Part shown: in pieces, positions 19,771-30,257 of the stretch
Layout: the number at the start of each line of letters is the position of its first letter
Position numbering within the stretch: position 1 is the stretch's first letter
Assembly (NCBI GenBank): GCA_965242725.1
Contig: CBDESZ010000018.1
Location: 288,001 to 352,000 of the forward strand
Length of the DNA stretch: 64,000 bases
Direction: 5' to 3'
DNA from: Alkalispirochaeta sp.
Lineage (GTDB): Bacteria; Spirochaetota; Spirochaetia; DSM-27196; Alkalispirochaetaceae
Translations under genes and position numbers: made by a program
Notes under the pieces: generated by a model
Databases searched by the model: none
What the model saw: the letters and a program-made list of their open reading frames with translations, nothing else
Told to the model about the DNA's origin: nothing

Positions 19771-22287
19771 TTACAGCGCCAGCGTTGATTCCGCGTTGGG
19801 AAGATTTTTATAAAATTGGAACAGACGCAAACCCTGCTTGTCCGCTCCTCCATCTGTTTCCGGCACTTCGGCGAACATCGCCTCACGGTGAGCGGTCACG
19901 ATACCGCGCTCCGGCAGCTCCTTGATTATGCGACCGAGTCCGGGTGCGTCTACCCCGAGAAATACGGGACGCCCCACTTCGATACTGTATTGTTCGAGGA
20001 TTTCTTCGACGGCACTCCCCACCGAATCTTGATCGTCTCCGTCGCGTGGTCGGCCGTCGTACCACGAGAGACGGTAACGGGATCCCCCGTAACGCTGCAT
20101 GGGAGCGGGGATTCGCTGAGAACCTTTCTCATGGTGTAACAAAATCAACTCAATAACTTCCATCCCGTCGGGGAAAATGTCGTTCATATTGCGACAGTAT
20201 GTCTCAAGGTGTATGGAATTTTGTAAATTGACAATTGCGATTTCGTCTTCGCTTGAACAGCCCAGCGGAAGGGGTTGTCCGAAACTCATTTTCGGCTTCG
20301 CGTGATAGCCCTGAGTCAGTGCGAGAGGTAATTGCAGGCGGCTCCATATTCGTTCAAAGGTCCGAACCATGGAGAGATGGGACAGAAACGACGCGCTTTC
20401 CGTTTTTCGGTAGTTAATGACCAACTGATAACTCCGGCCGTGACGCTCGCCGGAGAGCTCTGTTTCCTTCCCGTTCGACACGGCAGGAGGCGTTATCGGT
20501 CCAATATCCCCTCCTCCGCCCTCCACCTCCCGGACTGAGACCGCCGTGTTGCATACGCCGCAGGGTTCCCCGCACCCGTCGACACAGCGATCGGTAAGGT
20601 CGATATTTCGGCTTCGTGCCTGTTCCCTCTTCAGGTAGCTCTTCGTCACATTGAGTCCCACGCCGTCCCAGGGTAACTTTTCGTCCTGCATGAATGGTCC
20701 GAAGGATTTCAGGAGTGAAGAACGACTGTCATGACTATCGACGAGTCTTTTCCATAACGATATATCGGTAAACTCGCCCCACGCGTCCAGCCGCGCCCCC
20801 GCCGCATGGGCTTCAAGAATGAGCGATCCCGTATCCTCATTGCCTCGGCTCAGCATTCCTTCCAGCCACGAGTTTTCAGGATCGTGTGCCCTCAGCTTCG
20901 CCCCGCGGGGAAGGGACTCCCTGAGATCGGCAAAGATCGCCCGCGCCGTATCCGGCGCCATTTGACGCTCCCACTGGAACGGGGTATGTGGCTTTGGTAC
21001 AAAGGTCCCGACGTTCACGATGTATTCCATCGGGACTTTCCTCCGCAGTTCACTGACGAAACGGACAATTCCCTCACCCTCGTTCCCGCCGTCGTGGGGA
21101 AGTCCAACCATAAAATAGAGTTTTGCGTGGCGCCATCCACGGGCTCGCGCTTCCGCAGCAATCTCCGCGACCCGTTCCAGCGGTACCAGTTTGTTTACCG
21201 AACGCTGAATCAGCTCATCAGCCCCTTCCACGGCAAAGGTCAGACCCGACCGTTTTCCCCTTGATACCAGTTCCAGAATAGAAAGGGTTATCGAGTTCAC
21301 CCGCAGGGACGGAAGGGAAAAGGAAACTCCCTGTGTGGAAAAAATGTCGGTCAGACGGGTAACGAGTCCCACCAGGTCGGTGTAATCGCCGGTACTGAGA
21401 GAGGAAAGAGATATCTCCCGGTATCCCCTGTTCTCAACGAGCCACCGCACCTCTTCTATGATCTGTTCAACGCTTTTCATACGGTACGGCCGGTAATAGA
21501 CGCCGGCGTGGCAGAATCTGCATCCCTGCGGGCAGCCACGCATAATCTCGACCACCCCGTGATCCTGGACAACCGGTATGGTCGGCACCGGGAAACCCGC
21601 CCCGTAGGAATGAATCCGGCCGTTCCCGAAACCGGTCCACACTGAACGTCTGACCTTTTCCTCTTTTCCCGGGTACCATATGGATTCATGGCTTCGAATA
21701 TGGTTGAGAAGATCCTCCCGACGGGCGCCCCGACGCTTCATGTCTACGAGGACGGCGACCATTTCCGGAAGAACGCCCTCGGCCTCTCCGATAAAGACGG
21801 CATCGGCAAATTGCCCGAGAGGGGCCGGGTTTGTAGCTCCCGGTCCACCGAGGATCACGATCGGGTCATTTTCCGACCGGAGGGAACTTCGCAGCTCAAT
21901 ACCACCGCTCCGCAGAATTGTAAGAACATTTGTGGCAAGGAGCTCGTATCCGTAGGAGACGGCGATGATATCCATCTCGTGAAGGGGCGTTCCGCTTTCA
22001 AGGGTGTACAACGGCACCTTTGACGCGGCGAGAGCCTGCTCAAAATCGGGAGCCGGCGCAAAGACTCTCTCGCAAGAGACGCCGGGGATGGTGTTCAGAA
22101 GCCCGTACAATATCTTAATCGCCGTATTTGACATTCCCACCTCGTAGAGGTCGGGAAATGTTACGGCTACACGCAACGGGGCATCATCTTTTACGATGCT
22201 TCCCCACTCTCCACCGACGTATCGCCCGGGGTTTTCCACCCTCTGCAGCAGTCGATAGAGGTCTCTATACGGTGTTATTTGTGCCAC
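19771..22287 (-). CDS. B12-binding radical SAM protein (TIGR03960-like) fused to a TIGR03936/DUF2344-like domain
   Basis: FPDLYEVGMSN, CxxxCxxC (CPQGCRFC), FVPKPHTPFQW, Cys cluster CVDGCGEPCGVC, C-terminal FLSHLSMVR..GYHAKPKMSFGQPLPLG. Confidence 0.88.
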   Translation of the reverse strand: MAQITPYRDLYRLLQRVENPGRYVGGEWGSIVKDDAPLRVAVTFPDLYEVGMSNTAIKILYGLLNTIPGVSCERVFAPAPDFEQALAASKVPLYTLESGTPLHEMDIIAVSYGYELLATNVLTILRSGGIELRSSLRSENDPIVILGGPGATNPAPLGQFADAVFIGEAEGVLPEMVAVLVDMKRRGARREDLLNHIRSHESIWYPGKEEKVRRSVWTGFGNGRIHSYGAGFPVPTIPVVQDHGVVEIMRGCPQGCRFCHAGVYYRPYRMKSVEQIIEEVRWLVENRGYREISLSSLSTGDYTDLVGLVTRLTDIFSTQGVSFSLPSLRVNSITLSILELVSRGKRSGLTFAVEGADELIQRSVNKLVPLERVAEIAAEARARGWRHAKLYFMVGLPHDGGNEGEGIVRFVSELRRKVPMEYIVNVGTFVPKPHTPFQWERQMAPDTARAIFADLRESLPRGAKLRAHDPENSWLEGMLSRGNEDTGSLILEAHAAGARLDAWGEFTDISLWKRLVDSHDSRSSLLKSFGPFMQDEKLPWDGVGLNVTKSYLKREQARSRNIDLTDRCVDGCGEPCGVCNTAVSVREVEGGGGDIGPITPPAVSNGKETELSGERHGRSYQLVINYRKTESASFLSHLSMVRTFERIWSRLQLPLALTQGYHAKPKMSFGQPLPLGCSSEDEIAIVNLQNSIHLETYCRNMNDIFPDGMEVIELILLHHEKGSQRIPAPMQRYGGSRYRLSWYDGRPRDGDDQDSVGSAVEEILEQYSIEVGRPVFLGVDAPGLGRIIKELPERGIVTAHREAMFAEVPETDGGADKQGLRLFQFYKNLPNAESTLAL

Positions 22288-23597
22288 TAGTACTGATACC
22301 TATGCTGATAAATACTCATGAGAAGCCCCACCCCGATCATCGCCGTCCACAATGGCGAACCGCCATAGGAGAGAAAATAGAGGGGGAGCCCCGTAATCGG
22401 CATGATGCCTACCGCCATGCCGACGTTCACGATGAAATGAATGAAAAACAGTCCAACGAGACCGGAGCTGAGCGAACAGGAAAAGCGGTCCCGTGCGGAT
22501 GCCATTACATACATGCCGCGTCCGATGATAATCAGGTACAGCGTCATCACCGCGATCACTCCGATGTAACCGAACTCTTCGGACAGAATTGAAAAAATAA
22601 AATCCGTACTTTGCTGAGGAAGGTACCGGTAGTGACTTTGAGTCCCCATGAGATAGCCCTTCCCGAACAGTCCACCCGAACCGACGGCGGTGACCGATTG
22701 AATGATGTTCCAGCCCGCTCCGCGAGGATCGATATAGGGGTCCATAAAAACGATGAGACGCATGATCTGGTATTCCTGCAGGACCTGCTGCGCCGCGTAC
22801 GAGACGGGGACCGCGATGGACACCATGGTGAGCAGATAGACTATCCACAAGAACACGCGCCTTCTGGTGAGAAAGAAGCCACCCAGAGCGACAATCAATG
22901 CCACGGCGAAACCTGCGAGCAGCAACTGCATCGCCCCGGCATCGCGAAAGACATCGACCAGAACGTGGTGCGTTTCGGAGATATACTGATCCCATAACGG
23001 CAGCAGGGTGAAAACGATGGTAAAGACTCCCGTGCCGAGAAGGAACAGTATGTGACTCAAACGCGCACCTGCTGCAAAGGCGACAAAGAGAAATAGCGGT
23101 ATATACACCATCGACGTCCCAAGGTCGGGTTGCATCAATACCAGAAGGGTCGGCACGGCGGCTATTCCGAAACCGGTGAGAAATCCCTTGATCGAACGTA
23201 CCCGCTGGGGATCGTCCCCGTAAAAGCGTGCGAGGGTGATGATGAGAACGATTTTTGCAAACTCCGAAGGCTGGATTCCCAGCGGCCCGATACCGATCCA
23301 TCGCCTCGCGCCGTTGACGACCTTGCCGAAAAAGAGTGTGAAAAGCAGTACCGCAATCATTCCGATGAACAGGATCGGCGCGGGTCTCCAGAGGACGCGA
23401 TAGTCGATAAATGTGACGACCACAAGCAGAATCAGACCGGAGACCGCCCATCCGATTTGCCGCAAATACTCGGTACTGACAACCTGCCCCGTCGCGGTGA
23501 CACCACTTGAAAAAATAAACAGTATTCCGATTACGACCAGGACAATCGTCGCGGCGATCATATAAAAATCTGTCTCGAAAATGGAGCGTGAGCGCAT
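22287..23597 (-). CDS. rodA: Rod shape-determining protein RodA (SEDS)
   Basis: GARRWI, QPSEFAK, QPDLGT, TDFIF, ITGLPLYFLSYGGS. Confidence 0.95.
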   Translation of the reverse strand: MRSRSIFETDFYMIAATIVLVVIGILFIFSSGVTATGQVVSTEYLRQIGWAVSGLILLVVVTFIDYRVLWRPAPILFIGMIAVLLFTLFFGKVVNGARRWIGIGPLGIQPSEFAKIVLIITLARFYGDDPQRVRSIKGFLTGFGIAAVPTLLVLMQPDLGTSMVYIPLFLFVAFAAGARLSHILFLLGTGVFTIVFTLLPLWDQYISETHHVLVDVFRDAGAMQLLLAGFAVALIVALGGFFLTRRRVFLWIVYLLTMVSIAVPVSYAAQQVLQEYQIMRLIVFMDPYIDPRGAGWNIIQSVTAVGSGGLFGKGYLMGTQSHYRYLPQQSTDFIFSILSEEFGYIGVIAVMTLYLIIIGRGMYVMASARDRFSCSLSSGLVGLFFIHFIVNVGMAVGIMPITGLPLYFLSYGGSPLWTAMIGVGLLMSIYQHRYQY

Positions 23598-23615
23598 GTG
23601 TTTACCCGTTCTCCG

Positions 23616-25472
23616 TTACATATACCAAATCGGCCGCGGTCCGCGTCTGAGATCCGCGACGGCGTCTTCAAAGCCAAGTCCCTTGAAATACCCGTGAAGA
23701 ATGATGTTTGCCGCCTTCGGAGCCCACCACTCCCATTCGTTCGATGCGTCAACCATGACGACCAGGACGATCTTGTCTTCCACCGGAATGTCCTCTCCGT
23801 ACGGTGCGTAGGCGACAAACCAGCTCGTCCAGTTTGTGTCTGATCCGACTTCTCCGGTACCGGTCTTTCCCGCACTCTCCACCGCATCGGTGGTTATGAC
23901 CACATTTGCCGTCCCTTCAGTTATGACAGAGCGCATCGCCTCACGAACGGACCGCAGCGTCTCGGACGAAATATCCGACTCCCGAATGATTTTCGGACTC
24001 CGCCGTTCGATGAGACTTCCCGTGATGGGGTCTCGAACTTCCTTCAATACCATCGGCTGATAGGCTACGCCGTTGTTGACGATGGCGCCAACCATCGACG
24101 CCAGCTGAATCGGCGTCACCTGCAGGAAACCCTCACCGATGGACATGTTGACGGTATCCCCGCCTACCCAGTGCGTGTTATACCGCTCCTCTTTCCAGGA
24201 GGGAGAGGGAACCAGGCCGGAGATCTCCCTGGGCAAGTCAATTCCCGTCGCCCTTCCAAGGCCGAGGCGGCCGGAATAATCGATGATCTGGTCTACCGAG
24301 AGGTATTGACTGCCCATTGTCCAGAAATAGACGTTGCATGACTGTGCCAGGGCATCGTACAAATCGACGGGACCATGGCCGTATTCAAGCCAGTCATTGA
24401 AAACACGGTTCCCATAGGGGAATGTACCATCACACACAACCGTCTGATGGCGATCAATGGCATCCTCTTCGAGAATGGCCGTCGTCATGAGAATTTTAAA
24501 AGTCGACGCCGGGGCGGCGGCGGACTGAATCGCCCGGTTGAGAAACGGTGCCCGGCGATCATTTGTAAGACGGCGTACATTTACATTCCCTTCCGGTCCG
24601 GCAAACTGATTTGCGTCAAAACTCGGATAGTTGTACAGCGCAAGTACTTCGCCGTTGGAGGGGCGCAACGCGACCACCGATCCCACACGGGGCCCCAGCG
24701 CTGCCTGGGCGAGGCGCTGCAGCTCAATATCTATGGAGAGCACCAGCTGAGACCCTTCTTCCGGCGGTATCAGCTCTTCTTCATCGCCGACACGGTTCCC
24801 CCTGGCATCAACGGTCCGATACCTGATACCGTCCTCGCCCCGCAGCAGCCGGTCGTACTGCTGTTCTATACCGCTTTTGCCGATCACGCTGGTCGACGTG
24901 TACCCCTCGTTGAAGAGAACCTGCAATTCCTGAGGCGTAATTTCGCCCACGTATCCGACGATGTGAGACGTCGTATCGCCGTACGGATACGTCCGTTCAG
25001 GTTTTGTATACCAGGAAATGCCGGGAAAATCCTGAATCCGTTCGGCAATTTTGGTCAGGTCCGCCAGCGAAAGGCCGGAAATGATTTCCACATGTTCCGC
25101 GGGCGTCCCCCGTCTGCGGCGCACCCGCTCAAGCATCGGTTCGGCGTCACGGTCTATCAGCTCTGCAATCGAAGTGATGACCGTATCAATTTCACCGGTA
25201 GGAACATCGGCGGGAACGATAGTCACCGCAAAGGACGTGCGATTGGATGCGAGGGCGTTCTGACCCGTTCTATCAAGGATTTCGCCCCGGCGGGCAAATA
25301 CCGGTTCGCTGCGGCTCGCATTCTGTCGTGCCCTGAGCAGATAGAGATAGTTGTCCAGCACCTGAATTTCAAAGAGGTGAACCGCATATCCCAGGAATAC
25401 GGAACCCACAAGAAATGCCAGAATGAGAACTCTCGTTTTCGGTATTACCGGTTTTCTCTCTACCGCACTCAC
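23616..25472 (-). CDS. mrdA: Penicillin-binding protein 2
   Basis: RGEILDR, STFK (SxxK), SCN (SxN), KTG motifs; lies between mreD and rodA. Confidence 0.95.
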   Translation of the reverse strand: MSAVERKPVIPKTRVLILAFLVGSVFLGYAVHLFEIQVLDNYLYLLRARQNASRSEPVFARRGEILDRTGQNALASNRTSFAVTIVPADVPTGEIDTVITSIAELIDRDAEPMLERVRRRRGTPAEHVEIISGLSLADLTKIAERIQDFPGISWYTKPERTYPYGDTTSHIVGYVGEITPQELQVLFNEGYTSTSVIGKSGIEQQYDRLLRGEDGIRYRTVDARGNRVGDEEELIPPEEGSQLVLSIDIELQRLAQAALGPRVGSVVALRPSNGEVLALYNYPSFDANQFAGPEGNVNVRRLTNDRRAPFLNRAIQSAAAPASTFKILMTTAILEEDAIDRHQTVVCDGTFPYGNRVFNDWLEYGHGPVDLYDALAQSCNVYFWTMGSQYLSVDQIIDYSGRLGLGRATGIDLPREISGLVPSPSWKEERYNTHWVGGDTVNMSIGEGFLQVTPIQLASMVGAIVNNGVAYQPMVLKEVRDPITGSLIERRSPKIIRESDISSETLRSVREAMRSVITEGTANVVITTDAVESAGKTGTGEVGSDTNWTSWFVAYAPYGEDIPVEDKIVLVVMVDASNEWEWWAPKAANIILHGYFKGLGFEDAVADLRRGPRPIWYM

Positions 25473-25477
25473 ACCGT

Positions 25478-25969
25478 CTATCGCTCCTTTTCCAGTAATC
25501 CGACCAGTACGTGAAGCAAAGCGAAAAGAGGAACCCCGACAACCGCCGTCATTCCGATGTTGCCAAGGGTTTGAAGAGAAAAAATTCCCCCATAGAGGTG
25601 ATCCAATGAGAAGATCACGGCGATAAATGCCATTGTGGCATAACGGATTATTGATGCTCCGAACAGGAGGACAAACGACGTTACCAGGGACTCGCCGTGA
25701 ACCGCTCCCCTGGTGATACCGATGATGGCAGAATGGGCGGTACGAAGGAGGGCATGAAACCCGAAAGGAGAAATACTCAGGGCATCCTCAATGATTCCGA
25801 CAATGAAGCCGGATATTTCTCCCTTCCGCGTCCCCTCCCGATGGGCAAGAAAGGTGAGGACGATCAGTACAATATCGGGGCGAAGTCCGAACAGGGAGAT
25901 ATCTCGAAACCAGGTAGTACCAAGGAACGCCGCTGCTGCAGCTATTCCAATAAGAACGAATTGAATCAT
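25478..25969 (-). CDS. mreD: Rod shape-determining protein MreD
   Basis: Hydrophobic protein with RPDIVLI and GFIVGIIEDALS..FG; position in the mre operon. Confidence 0.88.
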   Translation of the reverse strand: MIQFVLIGIAAAAAFLGTTWFRDISLFGLRPDIVLIVLTFLAHREGTRKGEISGFIVGIIEDALSISPFGFHALLRTAHSAIIGITRGAVHGESLVTSFVLLFGASIIRYATMAFIAVIFSLDHLYGGIFSLQTLGNIGMTAVVGVPLFALLHVLVGLLEKER

Positions 25970-25976
25970 TGTTCCG

Positions 25977-26804
25977 TCACCTCCCACCGGTGAGGACAAA
26001 AACGTACTCAAGCTTGTCAAAGTCGATTACCGGATCCACAGCAACGTGGAGAGACGTCTCATAGGACGGAGCGGTTACTCTCGTTACCGTGCCTATGGGC
26101 AGTCCCGCCGGAAAAATCGACTCCAGACCCGATGTTACGACAAGGTCGTCGTACTGGACTTCATTGCGGCGCTGCCGTTCCAGGTATCGAAGAATCAACG
26201 GATCGTCTGGTTGGCCCGTACCTTCTATGAGGCCTTCATGCCTGGAGCGTTCCATTCGGGCCGCGACATATGAACCGGCGGCAAAGACCGGAAGAACGAT
26301 GGCGGTACCACCGGATACCTCGTGAATTCGACCTACCAGTCCCTGTCGACCTCCGATGTACGCAACGACCGCCTGCCCCCGCCGAACACCATTTCTTCTT
26401 CCCTGATTAATGGTAAAGGAAGAAAAAAGGCGTCCTGATTCTTTTCCTATCACCTGTGCGGCAATACTCGGCACTTCCATGCGGGAGGCAAAGCCGAGCT
26501 GCTCCCGAAGACGGTTATTCTCGGCACGCAACGTTTCAATACTTCCTTCAAGACGCCTGTACGCTTCAATTTCGTCCAGAAGGATTTCGTATTCTTCACG
26601 GAGCCGGCGCAATTCCCCGACCGAGCGCAAGGTACCGTCGACACTCCGTTCCACGGCGCCAAAGACACGCTGAACCCCGGATACGACGCCGAAGCTGATC
26701 TCCTCGGGACGGAATCCACTTCCGTCTCTAGTAATTCCGATCAGTGTCAGACCCAGAACGATCAGAAAAACAGTGGTCGCCAGAGTTCGTCGGGGCTGAT
26801 TCAT
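25977..26804 (-). CDS. mreC: Rod shape-determining protein MreC
   Basis: TM, coiled coil ENNRLREQL, GLVGRI, VVTSG..IFPAGLPIG. Confidence 0.93.
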   Translation of the reverse strand: MNQPRRTLATTVFLIVLGLTLIGITRDGSGFRPEEISFGVVSGVQRVFGAVERSVDGTLRSVGELRRLREEYEILLDEIEAYRRLEGSIETLRAENNRLREQLGFASRMEVPSIAAQVIGKESGRLFSSFTINQGRRNGVRRGQAVVAYIGGRQGLVGRIHEVSGGTAIVLPVFAAGSYVAARMERSRHEGLIEGTGQPDDPLILRYLERQRRNEVQYDDLVVTSGLESIFPAGLPIGTVTRVTAPSYETSLHVAVDPVIDFDKLEYVFVLTGGR

Positions 26805-26807
26805 CTA

Positions 26808-27845
26808 TTACAGATTTCGGTAGATGTTATTTTCGTGGCGCAAGCCTTTCTCGTATTCAAAATACATTCCGGCTCCCAGGGCAACACAGTTCATCGGGTC
26901 TTCGGCCAGAAAAACGGGTACGCCCGTCTCGTTGGCAATCAGCGTATCCAGTCCCTTGAGAAGGGATCCGCCGCCGGTGAGTACAATTCCCCGCTCTACA
27001 ATATCGGCGGCAAGTTCCGGCGGCGTTTGACCCAGGGTGCGTTTTATCTCTTCAACGATCGCCGTGATCGGCTCCTGCAATGCGTCACGAACCTCAACAC
27101 TGTCTATTTCAAGTCGCCGGGGTAGACCGGTTATTGCATCGGTACCCTTGATTTCCATTTTCTCTATCTTCTTGTCCGCGGTCGCGTTTCCAATACGCTT
27201 CTTGAGATCTTCCGCACTGCTCTCGCCGATAATGAGATTGTGAACCTGACGGACGTGTTTTATGATCGCTTCGTCAAACTCGTCTCCCCCGAGGCGAATC
27301 GCGTTGGTTACGACCATACCGCCCAGGGATATCACCGATATTTCACTGGTGCCGCCTCCGATATCGCAGATCATGTGTCCCGCCGGTTCAAAAATCGGAA
27401 TATTCGCGCCTATAGCGGCCGCGAGAGACTCGTCGATGACGCGCACCTCCCTGGCACCGGCCTTTTCCGCGCTCTCAATAACCGCGCGTTTTTCCACGTC
27501 TGTAATACATGAAGGTACGCCGATGACCATTCTCGGCTTGACGAACCATCGACGTTGAAGGACTTTTGATATGAAGTACCGGATCATTTTCTCCGTCGTC
27601 TCAAGGTCCGCTATTACCCCGTCCCGCAGCGGGCGGATTGCGATAATATCTCCGGGCGTCTTCCAGAGCATGCGCTTTGCTTCCTCACCAACGGCAACTA
27701 CCTTCTTGGTCCCCCGCTCCACCGCGACAACTGACGGTTCACTGGCGACGATTCCCTTACCACGAATATATACAAGGGTATTACATGTACCCAGGTCGAT
27801 TCCGATATCTGATGAAAATGCGGATAGCAAGCTTTTTTTTGCCAT
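26808..27845 (-). CDS. mreB: Actin-like MreB
   Basis: [32 protein letters not shown]. Confidence 0.97.
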   Translation of the reverse strand: MAKKSLLSAFSSDIGIDLGTCNTLVYIRGKGIVASEPSVVAVERGTKKVVAVGEEAKRMLWKTPGDIIAIRPLRDGVIADLETTEKMIRYFISKVLQRRWFVKPRMVIGVPSCITDVEKRAVIESAEKAGAREVRVIDESLAAAIGANIPIFEPAGHMICDIGGGTSEISVISLGGMVVTNAIRLGGDEFDEAIIKHVRQVHNLIIGESSAEDLKKRIGNATADKKIEKMEIKGTDAITGLPRRLEIDSVEVRDALQEPITAIVEEIKRTLGQTPPELAADIVERGIVLTGGGSLLKGLDTLIANETGVPVFLAEDPMNCVALGAGMYFEYEKGLRHENNIYRNL

Positions 27846-27873
27846 GTGTCAGCGTCCCTCCAGGTGTAGTGTG

Positions 27874-28821
27874 CTAATCATCCTGTAAACGTTGTAAAGA
27901 TTCAATATGATTCGGATTAAGTCGGACCGCTTCCCGCCACTCGTAACGCGCGAGGTTTGCGTCGCCCATGGCGAAATACGTTTCTCCCAATCCAAAATGG
28001 CCGTCGGCGGACGCCGGGTGCAGTTCTATCAGCTCTTCGTACACGGCTACCGCGTCATCCCATCGTTCCTGTCGTCGCAGAGATTCACCAAGCGATAAAA
28101 GGGCGTGGCGCAGCAGAGAACCGTCATTTGTCTCTTCCCGCGCTTCCAGAAGGAGGCGCTCCGCCCCGTCATAGTTCCCGATATTGTTGAGGAGATCGGC
28201 AAGACTCACCTTGTGGACGGGAGAGCCGCCCATCTCTATGGCTTCCTCATAGTATGCAATCGCGTCGTCATACAGTTGAAGAGATTCCGATGCAAGTGCA
28301 AGGTATTCAAGCAGATCCAACTGAACGATCCCCATGTCGCGGGCACTCCGGAGATGTTCTATCGCCGTATCATAAAAGAAGCGTCCCCGGTGAAAAAAGG
28401 CTTTTCCAAGAACGTAATGAACTTCTCCCTCGTGGGAAATCTCCGGCAGGAGGAGGACCCGCTGAAGGTCCTGGACGCTCCCGACGAGATTCTCGTGCCG
28501 CTCCTCTTCCGAGACTTCTTCCATCGCCAGATAGAACCGACCGAATCCGCGCAGAGTGAGTGCCGTCTCGTTTACCGGCGCCTGGGACAACCGGACAGAC
28601 GCCTCCGCAACGAGGGCATCATACTCGCCGTTATTCCAGAGGGCAATAAGATCAACGGTACGTTCCGATTCTGCGAGCGGCAGAATGGGAGAACGCGAGC
28701 GAAGAAGAAAGACCCCTCCGGTAACGGCTCCCGCGGCGACGACCGCGGCAATTATAACGACAGGAAGTCCGCTGCGTCGTCGACGAGTTGTCGTGGTGAA
28801 TCGTGATTCAGGCAGTCTCAT
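27874..28821 (-). CDS. Membrane-anchored TPR protein upstream of mreB
   Basis: Basic N-terminus, TM, multiple TPRs. Confidence 0.78.
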   Translation of the reverse strand: MRLPESRFTTTTRRRRSGLPVVIIAAVVAAGAVTGGVFLLRSRSPILPLAESERTVDLIALWNNGEYDALVAEASVRLSQAPVNETALTLRGFGRFYLAMEEVSEEERHENLVGSVQDLQRVLLLPEISHEGEVHYVLGKAFFHRGRFFYDTAIEHLRSARDMGIVQLDLLEYLALASESLQLYDDAIAYYEEAIEMGGSPVHKVSLADLLNNIGNYDGAERLLLEAREETNDGSLLRHALLSLGESLRRQERWDDAVAVYEELIELHPASADGHFGLGETYFAMGDANLARYEWREAVRLNPNHIESLQRLQDD

Positions 28822-28860
28822 GAGTGATACCCGTCGTACGAATCATGAACCAGAAAAGAT

Positions 28861-29203
28861 GAAACGAGGGGTCGATAAGCCGGATTCTGTCGTGGGTTGT
28901 CATCTCTCTTGACCGTCCCTTCCGACGGTTCATAAGCAACCTACCCGCAGATTACGGACAAGCGATCCATCTGCTGCTTGGTCTTGCTCCCGGTAAGGTT
29001 TACCATGACGCCCTCCATTGCTGGAGAACCGGTGGGCTCTTACCCCACCGTTTCACCCTTACCCGTTCCTCACGGACGGGCGGTATCGTTTCTGTGGCAC
29101 TATCTCTTGCGTTTTCCAACGCAGCCGGGTGTTACCCGGTACCGTGCTTTCCGGAGTCCGGACTTTCCTCCCCCGTGGGGGCGACAACCTGACCCCTCGT
29201 TTC
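28861..29203 (-). ncRNA. rnpB: RNase P RNA (bacterial type A)
   Basis: Minus strand has GAGGAAAGTCCGG near the 5' end and ACAGAATCCGGCTTAT near the 3' end; termini GAAACGAGGGGTC / GACCCCTCGTTTC pair as P1. Confidence 0.95.
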
Positions 29204-29219
29204 AATTTATCTCGGTATT

Positions 29220-30242
29220 CTATTCGTCGAGCTCCTCGTCTTCGTCATAGTCTTCCTCGTCGTCATCACCGAGTAACGAATCATCCTCGTCAATAACATC
29301 GTCGTCTTCGTCGACCTCGTCAACGTCGTCATCGCCTTCGTCGTCGACGTCGCCGTCTTCTTCGTCGTCGCTGTCGTCATACTCCTCTTCTTCTTCCGGA
29401 GTCAGCTCGTCTTCATCGGTGAGACCGGTGAGCTCCTCCTCGTCAAAGAGGTCTTCGTCAAAGTCATCATCAACGAGATCGGCAAGGGATTCCTCGTCGG
29501 ACGCGGTAAACCCTGTGTCTTCCAGATCGGCGTCGTCTTCGGTGTAAAAGACGATTTTTGAACAGTAGGGACAGAAAAGGATGCTTTCTCCCCTTCGCAC
29601 GTCATTGACAAACTGGTTGGGAAGAATCATCTGGCACCCGGTGCACACACCGTTTTTAATCGCGACGATACCTTCGCCTTCCTTGCTCTTGATGATCCGC
29701 TCAAATTTGAAGAGCAGGTCTTCGTCCAGACCCGGTATCGTATCTTTCTCGTTCTTCGCCAGTTCTTTCAGCGTCGATTTCCGTTCCGCCGTATCGCTGT
29801 CGATCTTGGCACGCTCGTTTTCCAGCTCCTCTTCTTCCGTCTTGATCATCGCTTCTTCCCGCTCAAGACGAACCCGCTGTTCTTCCAGTTCCTTTTCTTC
29901 CCGCTGGAGATCCCGGCGGTACTGCTGTTCCCGCTCTGAAGCGTCGCGAATCTCCTTCTCCAGGGCGTCGTACTCCCGTGCCGTCGTTATCTGGTCCATC
30001 TGGGATTCATATTTCTCGCGATCCGACTCAGCCTCCTGCAGCCGAACACGCAAATCAGCGACGCGGCGTCGTGCTTCCTCATATTTCTCGTTCTTGTCAA
30101 GAAACGATTTCTTGAGTCGGCTCACCAGTTCCTTCTTGGTGGCCAATGTGCGGGGGAGCTCTTCAATCTCCTGCTCCAATGTATATTTCTGGGAGAGGAT
30201 ATTCTGGAGAATTTTCAATTTCTCGATCGTGTCCTGGATCAT
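29220..30242 (-). CDS. Coiled-coil + C4 zinc-ribbon protein (CT398/HP0958-like) with long acidic tail
   Basis: Long coiled coil, CTGC...CPYC, about 105 aa D/E-rich C-terminus. Confidence 0.85.
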   Translation of the reverse strand: MIQDTIEKLKILQNILSQKYTLEQEIEELPRTLATKKELVSRLKKSFLDKNEKYEEARRRVADLRVRLQEAESDREKYESQMDQITTAREYDALEKEIRDASEREQQYRRDLQREEKELEEQRVRLEREEAMIKTEEEELENERAKIDSDTAERKSTLKELAKNEKDTIPGLDEDLLFKFERIIKSKEGEGIVAIKNGVCTGCQMILPNQFVNDVRRGESILFCPYCSKIVFYTEDDADLEDTGFTASDEESLADLVDDDFDEDLFDEEELTGLTDEDELTPEEEEEYDDSDDEEDGDVDDEGDDDVDEVDEDDDVIDEDDSLLGDDDEEDYDEDEELDE

Positions 30243-30257
30243 TCTTTTCGGTACCCC

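Noticed and set aside
29220..29545. TCG/TCA/TCT-rich repeats as a tandem repeat or CRISPR-like array
   Set aside because: Explained by Asp/Glu codons of the acidic tail; no repeat-spacer periodicity
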